Origin: Octopus vulgaris
Taxonomy: Eukaryota
DNA: 64,000 nucleotides
NCBI GenBank assembly: GCA_951406725.2
Contig: OX597839.1
Span: forward strand, 31,124,001-31,188,000
Direction: 5' to 3'
The translations under genes and the position numbers were made by a program. Positions 12,201-24,900 of the stretch are shown here, piece after piece. The notes under the pieces were generated by a model. That model saw only the letters and a list, made by a program, of their open reading frames with translations, was not told the DNA's origin and searched no databases. Every line of letters starts with the position of its first letter. The first letter of the stretch is position 1.

Positions 12201-15200
12201 CTGACCACACAATTGGTGCTTTATTTCAGCAACCCCGAAAGGATGAAAAGCAAAGTCAACCATGCCAGAATTTGAACTCAGAACGTAGAGATGGATGAAA
12301 TACTGTTTAGCATTTTGTCTGGTATGCTAATAATTCAGCCAGTTCTCATTATCATAATAATACTAAATAAATAATCAGAAAATCTTAATGTACCTTTTGC
12401 TATATCTTGCATGTATATATTACTTTTATATAGCAGCCACTGACCGCTCTTACTGCTTGCCAAAGGTTTGGCTTTTTTGCTCTCCACTGTGGATGTTTTT
12501 GGAGAAAATAATTATCTCAAGCAAGGCATTAAACTGCATCTAGAGGGGATGGGCTGAATACTGCAATCCAAGAATTCAAGGGCGCTGGTGAGTCAGGAGT
12601 TACCTCTTGGTCACCACTACTCTGTTCTGGCCCCAGGGTGGTAATATCTCACAAAGGTCTTAATCATGAACCAAATAGCAGAAGATGGTCCTATGGTTAA
12701 AGTAGAGAACTGAGGGGGTGCAGACCTCCCCACGATATGTGTTATACTGACTCAGTATTGTGTGGACAAGCTTTGATGCCATGTGGACCAGTCCTGTACC
12801 TTTAGGAACAACTCAGGAAGGCAGGAGGCTAGTAGAGGGAACTAAGTAAACCAGCAGAAGGGGATGGCATCACTTGTTCCTGGAAAAATTATGAACCCTC
12901 AGACTTCAGTATGCAGGCCCATGATTGCTGACACTTGTGGTCAAGATCATATATACACACATGTATGTGTTTGTGTGTGGGATCAGTGAATTTGATGTGC
13001 AGACAAACAAGAAACTTTCTATATTTCTCTCGTTAATTACTGAACATACAATATCTGTTCAGCTTTTAAAAACTGGAAATATGCCACAAAACACTAAAAA
13101 CGCACAAAAAATTAAACCCCAAATTCACTCACCTTCTTAATTTTACTACCTCCGGTGCCAATGAGAAATTTATGGTAAGCTGGTTTTGCTCGAATGGTTG
13201 CTGTATAGCTGGACAATTGCTACAAGAGAGAGACAGAAAATGGTAAAAAAAAAAGAAATCTTTTAATTAGTAGAAGAACTATTTTAATCAAATCATTATT
13301 CTGACTTATAAATCAGAAGTTATTCTGTTGTCTGGGGAGAGTCATTTTCTTTTTGTGCCTTATAATGTAACACACTCACCGGTAAAATTTCCACTTATTT
13401 TCCTAAAATTTTCGTTGCATCTTGCAACCTTTTCAATAAGGCACTAAAAGAAAATGACTCTCCCCAGACACAACAGAATATACTTCAACACACAAACTCA
13501 TATAAAGAATCTTGCAAACCAAATCCAAAAACGAAATCAGAACTTAGTTTAACCTTTCAACATTCAGCTTATTCTGTCAAATGTAATCCTGATTTAGTCA
13601 AATTGCTTTAAATTAATCCTGCATTATCTTATAGCATTGAGATTTTGGTGATGTGATTGTTTATTTTTAGAATGACATTGTAGCATAGGTGTGAGAGGTC
13701 AGATGTGGTTGGTTTGAACATGAAACAGAGAGAATGTTTTGGCTGGTTGAGATGATGGAGGGTTTCAAATATTGCAACAAAGTGAAACGTGTTGTTTTAT
13801 GGCTTAAAATTGGAGAGAAACTGCAGACCTCAGACATGGAGCAAAGTCTACAATTCCTCAATTCAAAGTGGATTTTCTAATTGGTTTTTAATTTTACTAC
13901 GGCAGGATTGGACACTGTCATTCATCCATTGTTGTCAAAGATGACCAAGGACGACATCACATGGGAGAAGAAGACAAAGCACGGCGTGTCCAGCTGGAGC
14001 CATTCAGTCTGAGGCGTGCTCAAAAGACTCGGCTGCAGGTTGGGCATGGCTGGTCTACAGGCACTGAAAGTGAGGGGTTGGCTCTGGGCTTGTGTCGTTC
14101 ATGTTTTCTCTGTGGCTCTGCAAGCCTGTTCTGTTTGTAGGTGGCACCTCTGTTGGTGCATCTTTGCAAGGCATGGGTGGTCTTGTGCTTGTGTTTCGCA
14201 GACGTTGGCGTTGATCTCTAAGTTAGTATTACATGTAGGAAGGGAGGAGAGGAGAGGAGATACATGTAGGAGAGGAGACATGTAGTTATGGACTGGAGAA
14301 GAGACACAACTGTGGGGTGGGAGGGAAGATGTAGCTGTTCAAACAGGAGGAGGGATGCACAGAGAAAGTTGTTTTAATATCATTATTATTATTATTCTAT
14401 GTTTGACTTTTGCTTTACATTTGCACAAGCTGGCTCCAAGTCTCACCCAGAGACCTCAAGAGACAACAAGTTGGAAGTTCGTGTTGGTGTTATGCCTAGG
14501 GTGCCATATATTTGGTTTTGTACTTAGTGTTGTACTAGTGAATGTCTATAAAAATTATGTGTGTTTTAAAACTTGAGATTACATAGAAAGTATTTTGTGT
14601 AGGATATGAGCAGTTCCCGTGAGCACTATCTTTTGAATTTCTGCCATTTTGGAGTTTCCTGGTATCTGAGTTAGGTAGCAATCAGCCCCTTTTGCTATCA
14701 TTCCCAGGGCACCTATGACGACAGGTATTGTTTTGGTCTTCATTATTATTGTTATTATTATTATTATTGATGTTGTTGTGCTTGTTGTTTCTTTCCTACC
14801 TTTTCACTTGTCAGTTCTCGCAGCTGTTTGCAAGCATTTTCTGCATCTTCTGGTGGTCCTCGAATCACGACTTTATCACAGGCACTTCCTTCTGGTGGGA
14901 AGCGGATATGTACACCACTGCAGTCATCTAAAATAGCTCGAATCAAACGGCCTTTGGCACCAATAATGGAATTGTGGAACTTTGATGGAATTTCAACAGT
15001 AATCTCCTTAATGTTAGCCTGAAAGAACAAAAGAGAAAAACCCCAAATTAAATTCTAATTAAGTAATTATTGTCCATTATGCAATTCCAACCAGTCTGGC
15101 TCCATCCCATTGCAATACACTCCAGAGGCCAGGAACCTCCACTTCCAAAAACATTTTCCCAGAAAGTCTCAATCTTAATCTAAACTATGATAAAGATATT

Positions 15201-18200
15201 ATGGCAACGTTCTTTAGATAAGCTAGAAATAGCACCCATGTCTACCTCACATTACAAAGATACAGTCGGCAATGTAGTAACTGATATAGAAAAAGATAGG
15301 ATGGTCATAACTGAAAAGTTTGATTGTGAGTCTGCTCAACCAGAACTGACTCAGGGCTAAACAATAATAATGCTTTCTATTATAGGCACAAAACTGGAAA
15401 TTTGTGGGAAGGGGGCAAGTCAATCACAATGGGCCTTATGCTCAGCTGGTACCTGGAAGGTGGTTTTGGGGACCAGGATGTTGATGTTTTCTCTCCTCTA
15501 GGTTCAGAAAGAAAACTTATTAAAGAATAACTGGTATCATGTCTGCTTCTAACTCTCAGCTTGTCTTCTGATGAAGCCTGGAGATGATGGCAATTTCACC
15601 AGATTGCCAGCTTGGAAGAAAAGGATTGAGAATCCAACCAATCTTGTTGCTGTTCTCTCAGACAATCAGTGGTGGCACCAGTTGCAAGGAAAGACTGGTT
15701 CCATCCAAACCACATTGGATGATATCACTGAGGTTTGTCAGGGGGAAGTTGCCAGCATTGAAGTGGCTTGACAAGAGATAAACAACTCCAAAATCATCGA
15801 CTGTAGACCCACAGTGAAATGTTGGTCACTCACAGATCTTGAAATCCAAGCTGAAGTGAAAAGCTGATTCGGAGACGGTTGTTACTGAGTTGGATCCCAG
15901 GTAACTTGGAGGGCAGAGAACCATACTCTGATGTGGGGTTAAAGAGGCAGAATAAAAAAAAATGTATAAGGTTATCCACACTGGATGAGAGCCCATTTAT
16001 GTTGGATTGACAGAACAGCTGCTGGATTAAGGCCAAGATGTTGGGTACGCCTTGATTGTGGTGGGCTTTTGGAGGACCTCATTGACAAGATATCCCTATA
16101 ACAACAGCTTTAACCCTTTACTATTCAAATTATTGTCAAATGTAATGCTTATCTTGTTTTCAATTAATCTAGTATTATCCTGTAGCTTCAAGAGTTCAAT
16201 GACATGATTGTTTATTTCCAGAATGACATTGCAAGGTAGGTGTGAGAGGTCTGATCTGGCCAGTTTAAATTCTAAAGGCCCAATTGTGGTGATATTAGAT
16301 ATTTTCTTTAACCCATTCACTTTCATATTACTCTGTTAAATATAATGCTTATTTATTCCAATTTTTTTCAAGTAATCACACATTATCTTTTTGCTTTAAG
16401 ATTTCGATGATGTGATTGTTTATTTTTAAAATGACCTTGCAGGGTGGGTGTGAGAGTCCAGACTGGCCAGTCTGAACATAAAACAGTGAGAATATTTTGG
16501 CTGGACATGGCTATTTTAAATGCTAAAGGGTTAATCTTTCAAACTAGCAATTAAAAAAGGATGGAACATTACATAAAATGAAATAATAATTTTGAGCACA
16601 AAACAGTTCCTTACCAGATCCTTTTGAATTGCTTCAATCTTCTTCTTGGCCAGTTCCACATTGGCCTTCTTGCCAGTGATAATGATCATATCAGAATTCA
16701 TATTCTCATGAGGTAACTCGATCCGAGTGTCAGTCTCATCACGAATCTACGGAAAGCAAAAGCAAAAATCATTTCCCAGCAGAACTTGGGGAAGGGATTG
16801 GATAGGTGGGTGGGCAGAGATATTGAAAAATTTCACAGGATCAGAGAGTTATTGGTTAAAAGATTCTAATGGGTCAATCACAGATATTATTGATTTTACA
16901 ACAGTAAAGGTAACAAGGGATTGTTTCTGCAACTCAGGTGGAACAAATATCACAAGGTGGGAGGAGCTGTCCCAAAGCACCAGAGTATCAGTTTCTTTAC
17001 CAGTGTTTGAATCTTTTATATATATATAAGCATCATCATCATCACCATCATCGTTTAACATCCATCTTCCATGCATGTACTGTTCCATTATTGACAGGAA
17101 CAATGAAAAAAATGTACCCATCATTTAATAAACACAGGATTTAAATGTGGGCTGCTGTAGGTTTCATCTGACAGCAGAATGGTTGAAAGATTGTGCAATA
17201 GACAGCACTCAATAGAAACTCACTCAACTATTGTACTGTCAGAACATGAAACTTATAGAAGTAGCTCACTTTTAAATTCCATCATCATCACCATCGTTTA
17301 ACGTCTGCTTTCCATGCTGGCATGGATTGGACGGTTTGACTGAGGACTGGTGAACCAGATGGCTGCACCAGGCTCCAATCTGATCTGGCAGAGTTTCTAC
17401 AGCTGGATGCCCTTTCTAACACCAACCACTCCGCGAGTGGTTATTAAATATATATACAGCAATCCCTTGCCATATCATGGTTCACCTGTCATGGTTTATT
17501 ATTTAAGCTTATGCAAAAACCCTAATTTTACATTTTCAATATAATTAAAAAATATATACAGTACAGTACTGTTTCTACTTTGCAGATTTTCACCTATTCC
17601 AAGGAGTTTTAGAACGTATCGCTTGCGATAATCAAGGGATTACTCTGCGTGTGTATACACACACTCACAGAGTATAGGCTTCTGCATAGTTTTCATTTAT
17701 CAAGTTCCACTCACAAGGCTTTGTGAACCTGCAGTAATGGTAGAAAACATTTGCTCAAGATGCTGTGTAGCAGGATTGGACTTGAATCACAGTTACAAAC
17801 CCAGCCTCCATGCCTATACCCATATCATGTGTAATTAGTTAATTACCATTTTTTTTTTATGTGAGAGAGAGAGAGAGAGAGTGTGTGTGTGAGAAAGTAA
17901 GAGAGAGAAATTACCTTTTTAATTGTGGCTCCACCTTTACCGATAATGTTTTTATGGAATTCCTTGAATATTTGAACCTGGGCTTGATAATTGTTGGTGA
18001 CCTGAGAAAGAAAGATTGAATACCAAGAAATATAAATAAAGAAATATAAATAAAGGAGCATAAATAAATAAAAACACTGGGTTTCTGTAAACTGGTGGAC
18101 TTAAAATACGTCCACAAGCTTTATCAGGTGGGATTAAATGGAGCTTGATCTGGATTATCCTGTATTATTGGTGAAAATAAAATCATAAAATATCCACATT

Positions 18201-18932
18201 TGGGCAAATTTCACAGGAATTCAGAGCTCCTGCAATTAACAGCAGAAAAATATTGCAAAGTGCATTAACAAACACGACGTATAGGCTTCTCTCAATACAC
18301 ACACACACACAAACATAAAAATAAAAACTGACCAGTTCTTGTTGGTATTGACTGAGGTGTTGGTATGCTTTGTCGACATCGTTCTTTGGACCACGCAGAG
18401 TAACCACATCACTCTTCTTTCCAGCATCGGGGAAGCTGATCTGGACTTGATTAAATTTATCCCTGATTTCCCGGATCTTCTCACCCCGAGCTCCGATAAT
18501 GGTTTTGTGGAAGCGCTGTTCAATTATTATATCTCTGCTTTTTTCATTCTCCTAAAGAAAGAAAGATTTTTAAAAAAGGGGCTGAAATTATTTTCTAGAA
18601 ACCAAACATTTGATCTTAGATAAAATTCAGAAACTTTAATTACCGTAATCCCTCACCATATCGTGGTTCACCTATCGCGGTTTATTATTTAAGCTTACAT
18701 CGATTCCTCCGTGGTGTAGTTTTGCATATATAATAAAACAAATATATACAAATTATAAAAATAATTTTTAAAAAAATAGGCGTTGTGTGGTAAGTAGCTT
18801 GCTTACAAACCACATGGTTCCAGATTCAGTCCCACTGCATGGTACCTTGGGCAAGTGTCTTCTACTATAGCCTCAGGCCGACCAAAGCCTTGTGTGTGGA
18901 TTTGGTAGACAGAAACTGAAAGAAGCCTGTTG

Positions 18933-18973
<41 letters not shown>

Positions 18974-21900
18974 ATATGTATATGTTTTTCACTAATCGCA
19001 AAGGGTTTTGGAACATAACAACCACGATAGTCGAGGTGTTACCGTGTTTATAGAATAGTGCAGAGTGGTCCTACATGGATGTGGTGCAAAACTGCATTGT
19101 TTAGTAGAGGGTGGCACAGGGCAGCTCAGTGTAAGGTGGCCAAATTTAAAGTAGTGTAGTGTGATGTGGAGTCATTCAGTATGGTTTATTGAAGGGTGGT
19201 TAAGTGTAATGCAATATTCTCAAGGATTCTGTTGACAATGTCAGTATTAATAGAAAACCCAATAAAGGCATTAGGAAGGGCATCCAGCCAGAGGAACTAT
19301 TCCAAAACAGACAACTGGAGCCCGGGCAGCACTTTGGCTGGCCAGCTCTGGTCAAACCATCCAACATGGAAGATGGGCGTTAAAGGATGAAGATGACAGT
19401 CACAGCTGTATACACATTAAATAAAGATAAAAGAAGTGAGAAAAGAGCAGTTACCATTCTCTGAGCCATTTCTAAGAGTTCTTGCTTGGCTCTTTGTACA
19501 CCGTTCGGGTCTCCCTCAATCCTAATAATGTTGCTGTTGTCACTGTCTGAAGGAATCTGAATAGCCACACCAGTCTCGTTTTTGATTCTAGAAACTGAAC
19601 AAACAAACAAACAAATAAATAAACAAAGAAAGACAGAAACAAACAAACAACGGCTGCCATTTACGATTGTAATTTTGTAATGGGAACTCTGACTTTCTAC
19701 AGCAAAACATAGGGCACCAGTCACTAGCCATGTCAACTTTGAAAATGCCACAGGATCCAGGATAGGAAGCCAGTCCCTCACAGTTGCTGAAGGTATGTCT
19801 CTCTCTGCCCAAACCACACCTCTGCACCATTGACAGCCTAAATTTGGATGGTGAGACCTGTAACCTCCCACAATATATCCCTCATTTTGGCTTCACATCA
19901 ACAACCACCATCTTTTAACAGCAGGAACCTGTGTGTGCTTTTCCCTGGGGAGTTTTGTCCACCAGCAGGCATTCTCCATGGGCCCAGTTTCTAGCAGAAA
20001 ATTTACCAGTTTGTCTGACCAACGTATTTATTTCAGGGCTGATCTCTGCACCTCATACCTTTCACAACTGACCTCTGCACTTAATGACCTTCACAGCTGA
20101 CCTATGTACCTCATGACCCAGCAAAGGGAAGATAATCACCTCCCCGCCCCAGGCACACAATCTTTAAATAAACACATAATTCTAGATCTTTCATAAGAAT
20201 TATGATGAGTATCAAGTTAAGGTGCTAGATGGTTAAACACAAGGTTTACAAGTTCAAACTCTGGTACAGTTATTGTTTTGTGTGCACAGTGGGCAAAGAA
20301 CTGTAACCATTGAACTTGCCTCAGTTTGCTTGTCTAACTACAGGTTCCATTAGAATTTCCCTTCTCGTGGCCAAGTCAACAATTTCTAGCGCAAGGGCCG
20401 CATTGTGTCAAACAAACACAGGAACATGATGAAGCCCTTGGGCCCATCGAATCCTGTCAAACTTATCCAACTTATGCCAGAATGGAATCTGGATGTTAAA
20501 TAATAATAATGATGATGATCATAATCTATATATATAAAGTTGAAGTTGTCTGTCTGTGTGTGTGTGTGGCAGATTTGGTAGCCTTCAACTAACACTATCT
20601 CCTCCGAGACCCTGTGGCGCAAGTTGACCAAAATTGAGAGTATGATAGAAGAAGGCTTGCTCTTTATTCTGTAGAAGTAAAATTTCAAATTGGACCATGT
20701 TAAGACCAAAATTTATTTACATTAAAAAGGTGCTTTTTTTCTATGAAAATCCATATTTTTTTTACAATTTTTTGACTGCTGTGTCGCCATTTTTCAGTGT
20801 ATTTCAACCAGAAAAATGTTCACTTAAAGGGAATAACAAGCTACATAATGCAGTCTGCTGTCTTAAGCACAACTAAAAAACAAACCCGAGCAACACCAGG
20901 CTATACTGCTAATAATAATAATAATAATACTAAAAATAAATTCAAAGTACAAGAGAGATCCCACGCAAAGATGCAAATACACACACACAGAAACACACAT
21001 ACATCTACGCATGAACAAACTCATACACAGAGCTGCACCTGCATACACAACCACATCTCCATATAGACACACATCCACATCCCCACCCCCCAAACACTCT
21101 CCTCCAAGACTTACTATTTGCACCATTCTTCCCAATGATATGTTTGTGAAAGCGCTGATCAATTTCAATCTCAGCAAATGCCATTCTCTTCCTCTGCAAA
21201 ACAAAATTACAAAAACTAATTAATTCTTTCATTAATTAAAAAATTTTTTAAGTAAAATATAATACAAATAAAAATAAATAGTTGGGAACTTGTTTGAGTC
21301 ATTCTTTGAAAAAACTAAGTTTTTTCATTGAAAATTTATTGTTGCTATTGATTGGTTTGGTCTTTAGAATATTCTGGAATGGTTTGGGAAATCTGAATGA
21401 GAAGGAGAGAGAGAGAGAAATGGTGGTGAGGTGATTGGAATGGTTTGGGTGAGAAAGAGAGAGAGAGAGTGTTTATGTTAGCATAGGTGCAGGCGTAGCT
21501 GTGTGGTAAGAAGTCTGCTTCCCAACCATATGGCTCCAGGTTCAGTCCCACTGTGTGGCACCTTGGGCAAGTGTCTTCTGCTATGGTCTAGGAATGACCA
21601 AAGCCATGAGAGTGGATTTGGTAGACGGAAACTGAAAGAAGCCCATCGTATGTGTGTGTGTGTCAGAGTTTGTCCCCCAATACAGCTTGACAACCGGTGT
21701 TGGTGTGTTATATCCTTATAACTTAGCAGTTCAGCAAAAGAGACCAATACAATAAGTACCAGGCATTAAAAAAAAGTACTGGGCTTGATTCATTTGACTA
21801 AAATTCTTCAAGATGGTGCCCCAGCATGACCATAGCCTAATGACTGAAACAAGTAAAAGATAAAAGATATGTGAAGGGAGTGGGGGGGAAGAGACAGTCG

Positions 21901-24900
21901 CGAGAGTGTCAGCGTGCAAGAAAGAGAAAGCATTCATATTTGCATCAAGATGGCCATGTGGTAAAGGAGTTAGCTTCCCAGCCATGTGGTATTAGGTTCA
22001 GTTCCACTGCATGACACCCGGGGCAAATGTCCACCAGGCTGGTCCAAAGCGTGGGGAGTGGATTTGGTGGACAGAAGCTGAAACAAGCTGGCCATATGTG
22101 TGTGCTGCCATCTACTCGCAATATCAGAGGGCGCACACTCTCCTACCCTGATGCAATCTCCAGGGATACAGGCATCCAGCAACAGGACCTCCGTAATGCC
22201 ATGATGGACTGAAGTCTGGCGTAGCATGGTAAATTCCATTGCCTCGACCACGGTCGAACAATGATGATGATGATATATGTGTGTGTGTGTATAAATGAGA
22301 AAAGAGAGATAAAGACAGACAGGTTACACAATAAAGATAGTGTTAGAGAATGTGTGTGTGTGTGTAAGGGAGAGAAGACAACATGAACCTGTGTATTATT
22401 GTGTGTGTGTGTGTGGGTGTCCGCCAGTAAACGAGTGAGTTTGTGAATGATAAGTGAAGAGCTGAAGAGACTTACCAAATCCTCAATACACTCAGACAGT
22501 TTCTGGACACACTCTTCGACTTCATCAGGGGGTCCTTCAATGTTGATTTTGTCCTGCCCTTCAGTGAATTCAATGTGAACCTAAAGGAATTAAATGAAAA
22601 AACAGTGGAGGAGGAGGAATAAACACTAAGAACAACCAGTTCCATACATATGTATACATGAATGTATGTAAGTACATATCATTGCTATTATGTTAAACTG
22701 TCGTTTGGCCAAATGCATTTTTTTTTTCAATATTTAATTTTACATGCAATAGCCAGTTCTTTTGGTCAAACTATCATACCTCCGGCTGCTTCAGATGAAA
22801 ATTGTCAAAGTGTAGTGAGTCCCAAATATGGCAGTTTTACAAAAATATTTCTGACTGAAAATATCATACATGCAGTTACGATTTTATGCCCTCAACAAAG
22901 TATCAATGTTAAGCTGAAACTGTTGCTAATGTAAAAAGAAATGGAATGGTGAAACTATTTTTTCATTTTCTGAAAAAAAGCAACGTTTTGGACTTAGGAC
23001 ACTTTTGCATAATAGCAATGATATGTATGTATATGTATATTAATTATTAGTTACAGAAGCAATATTCTTTTCTACTCTAGGCACAAGGCCTGGAATTTTT
23101 GGGGAGTTGGGGGCAGTCAATTAGATCGACCCCAGTACGCAATTGATACTTAATTTATTGACCCCGAAAAGATGAAAGGCCAAGTCGACCTTGGCGGAAT
23201 GTTACAGAAGCAATATTAATGCCAAAAGGTAGTGTTTCTATCCATCTTAATAGAGAAGTCTTCTTAGAATACTGAATACACAAGCAGAAGTAGTGGGGGA
23301 GCATCATAGCCATGTGTTGAGAGGGATTCTTCAGGGTTTGAATAATTCACCTCTGGAAACATGGGTGTTTCATTCAACATCCTTAAACAACCCTTATTCA
23401 GGGACCTTTTGAGCGGGATGGGTTACTCGACCAGAAGAAAATTGTAACTGGGCCCCACCTGCAAGGTCATTCGCTGTTTATCTTGATATGAGATCACCAT
23501 GTCGCGCACATGGTTGTGATGCATGTGCCTAGTGTACCCTTATCAGATGGGTATACTGGGCTTCAGATATTTTACCCCAGTGTCCCTTTGATGGCATGCA
23601 CTCCTCACTCAATAATAATAATGATGATGATGATGATGATCTTACCTTTGGAGTGTTTTGCGTGATTTTCTTTATATTGGAACCCTGTTTGCCAATAATG
23701 AACCTGTGAAGCCAGGCTGGGGCCTTCACTTCTTCCACAATCACACTGTTTGCCTGAAGTAAAAAGGAAAAGGTCAATAAGACAAAAACTTCGACTTTGT
23801 ATAAACATTACACACACACACACACACATGTACACAATCGTATTCCACAAGGATAAGGTCTTCCTATATCTGAGTAAGCAACAAATGCGTTAAATATGAT
23901 TGTACAACTGTATAATACATTCAAAGCTGGCTGCTTTGTGCACTTCTAATTTATATTTAGGTGTATATGTGTATGCATAGAGATAGATAGATAGACAAAT
24001 AGTCAGACAGACATTGATAGATCTACATATGATGATGATGATAATAATGATGGCTGTCCACTCGTGACTAAAAAAAAAACCATCACTGACCATTGTCCAT
24101 GAAAAATGCCAGCAATACCCTGCAAGAAATTTCTGTACCGCCAGACAACTTCACACAGCACCTAACAAGCCCTTCTCCATCCTAGTGGCATTATCCAGAA
24201 AGAAGCCATGTCAATATGGGTGGCAGGCTCAGCAATGTGGGAGCCCCATGATCCCAAGTGCAAGCCAAAGATCCCCAAAATGTCCAATGCCATTCCCTGC
24301 ATACCTGGTTTTATAGCAGAGTGACCTTCTCCTAAAGACAAGCTTTAATAAAAGCTGAGAGGTGCCTCAGTCCCAGTGGTCTTCCAGCACATCAGACATC
24401 AACCTGGAATTTCTGAGGGCGCATGCTAATGCTCAATGGTTGTTGAACCTACACTATGTCCATCTGTCCTTTTGACATGCCTTGATCTTAGTCCTGCTGG
24501 GTTTCTAGCAATCCCCCTCACCAGGCAAACCCAGTGGGGATGCAGGTTTAATCTCTGACAATCCGACCACACAACAGGCCGTACGGGATTCCATGTTGCC
24601 AGTTGCGCTGATGAGACGCTGCACAAGTGACGTGATACACACACACAGATTTATATATATATAAATTAGAAAAAACCCACCTTTTATCAATATATATATT
24701 ATATATCAATATATATTATATTTTGTGAAACTTGATTAAGTATTTCTAAATTGAATTTTTCCCTGTAAGTTAGGAATAATATTCCCTCAAATTATTATTA
24801 TTATTATTATTATAATATATATATAAGAAAGAGACAAGAGGAATCAAGAGAAACACATTTGGATGAGAAGACCAGACAAAGAAAAGAAGACGAAACAGAA

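Noticed and set aside
24605-24640. CTGATGA-GACG...CGT-GATAC hammerhead-like motif (+)
   Set aside because: GAAA replaced by GATA, and no stem III or cleavage site; at best a dead remnant.
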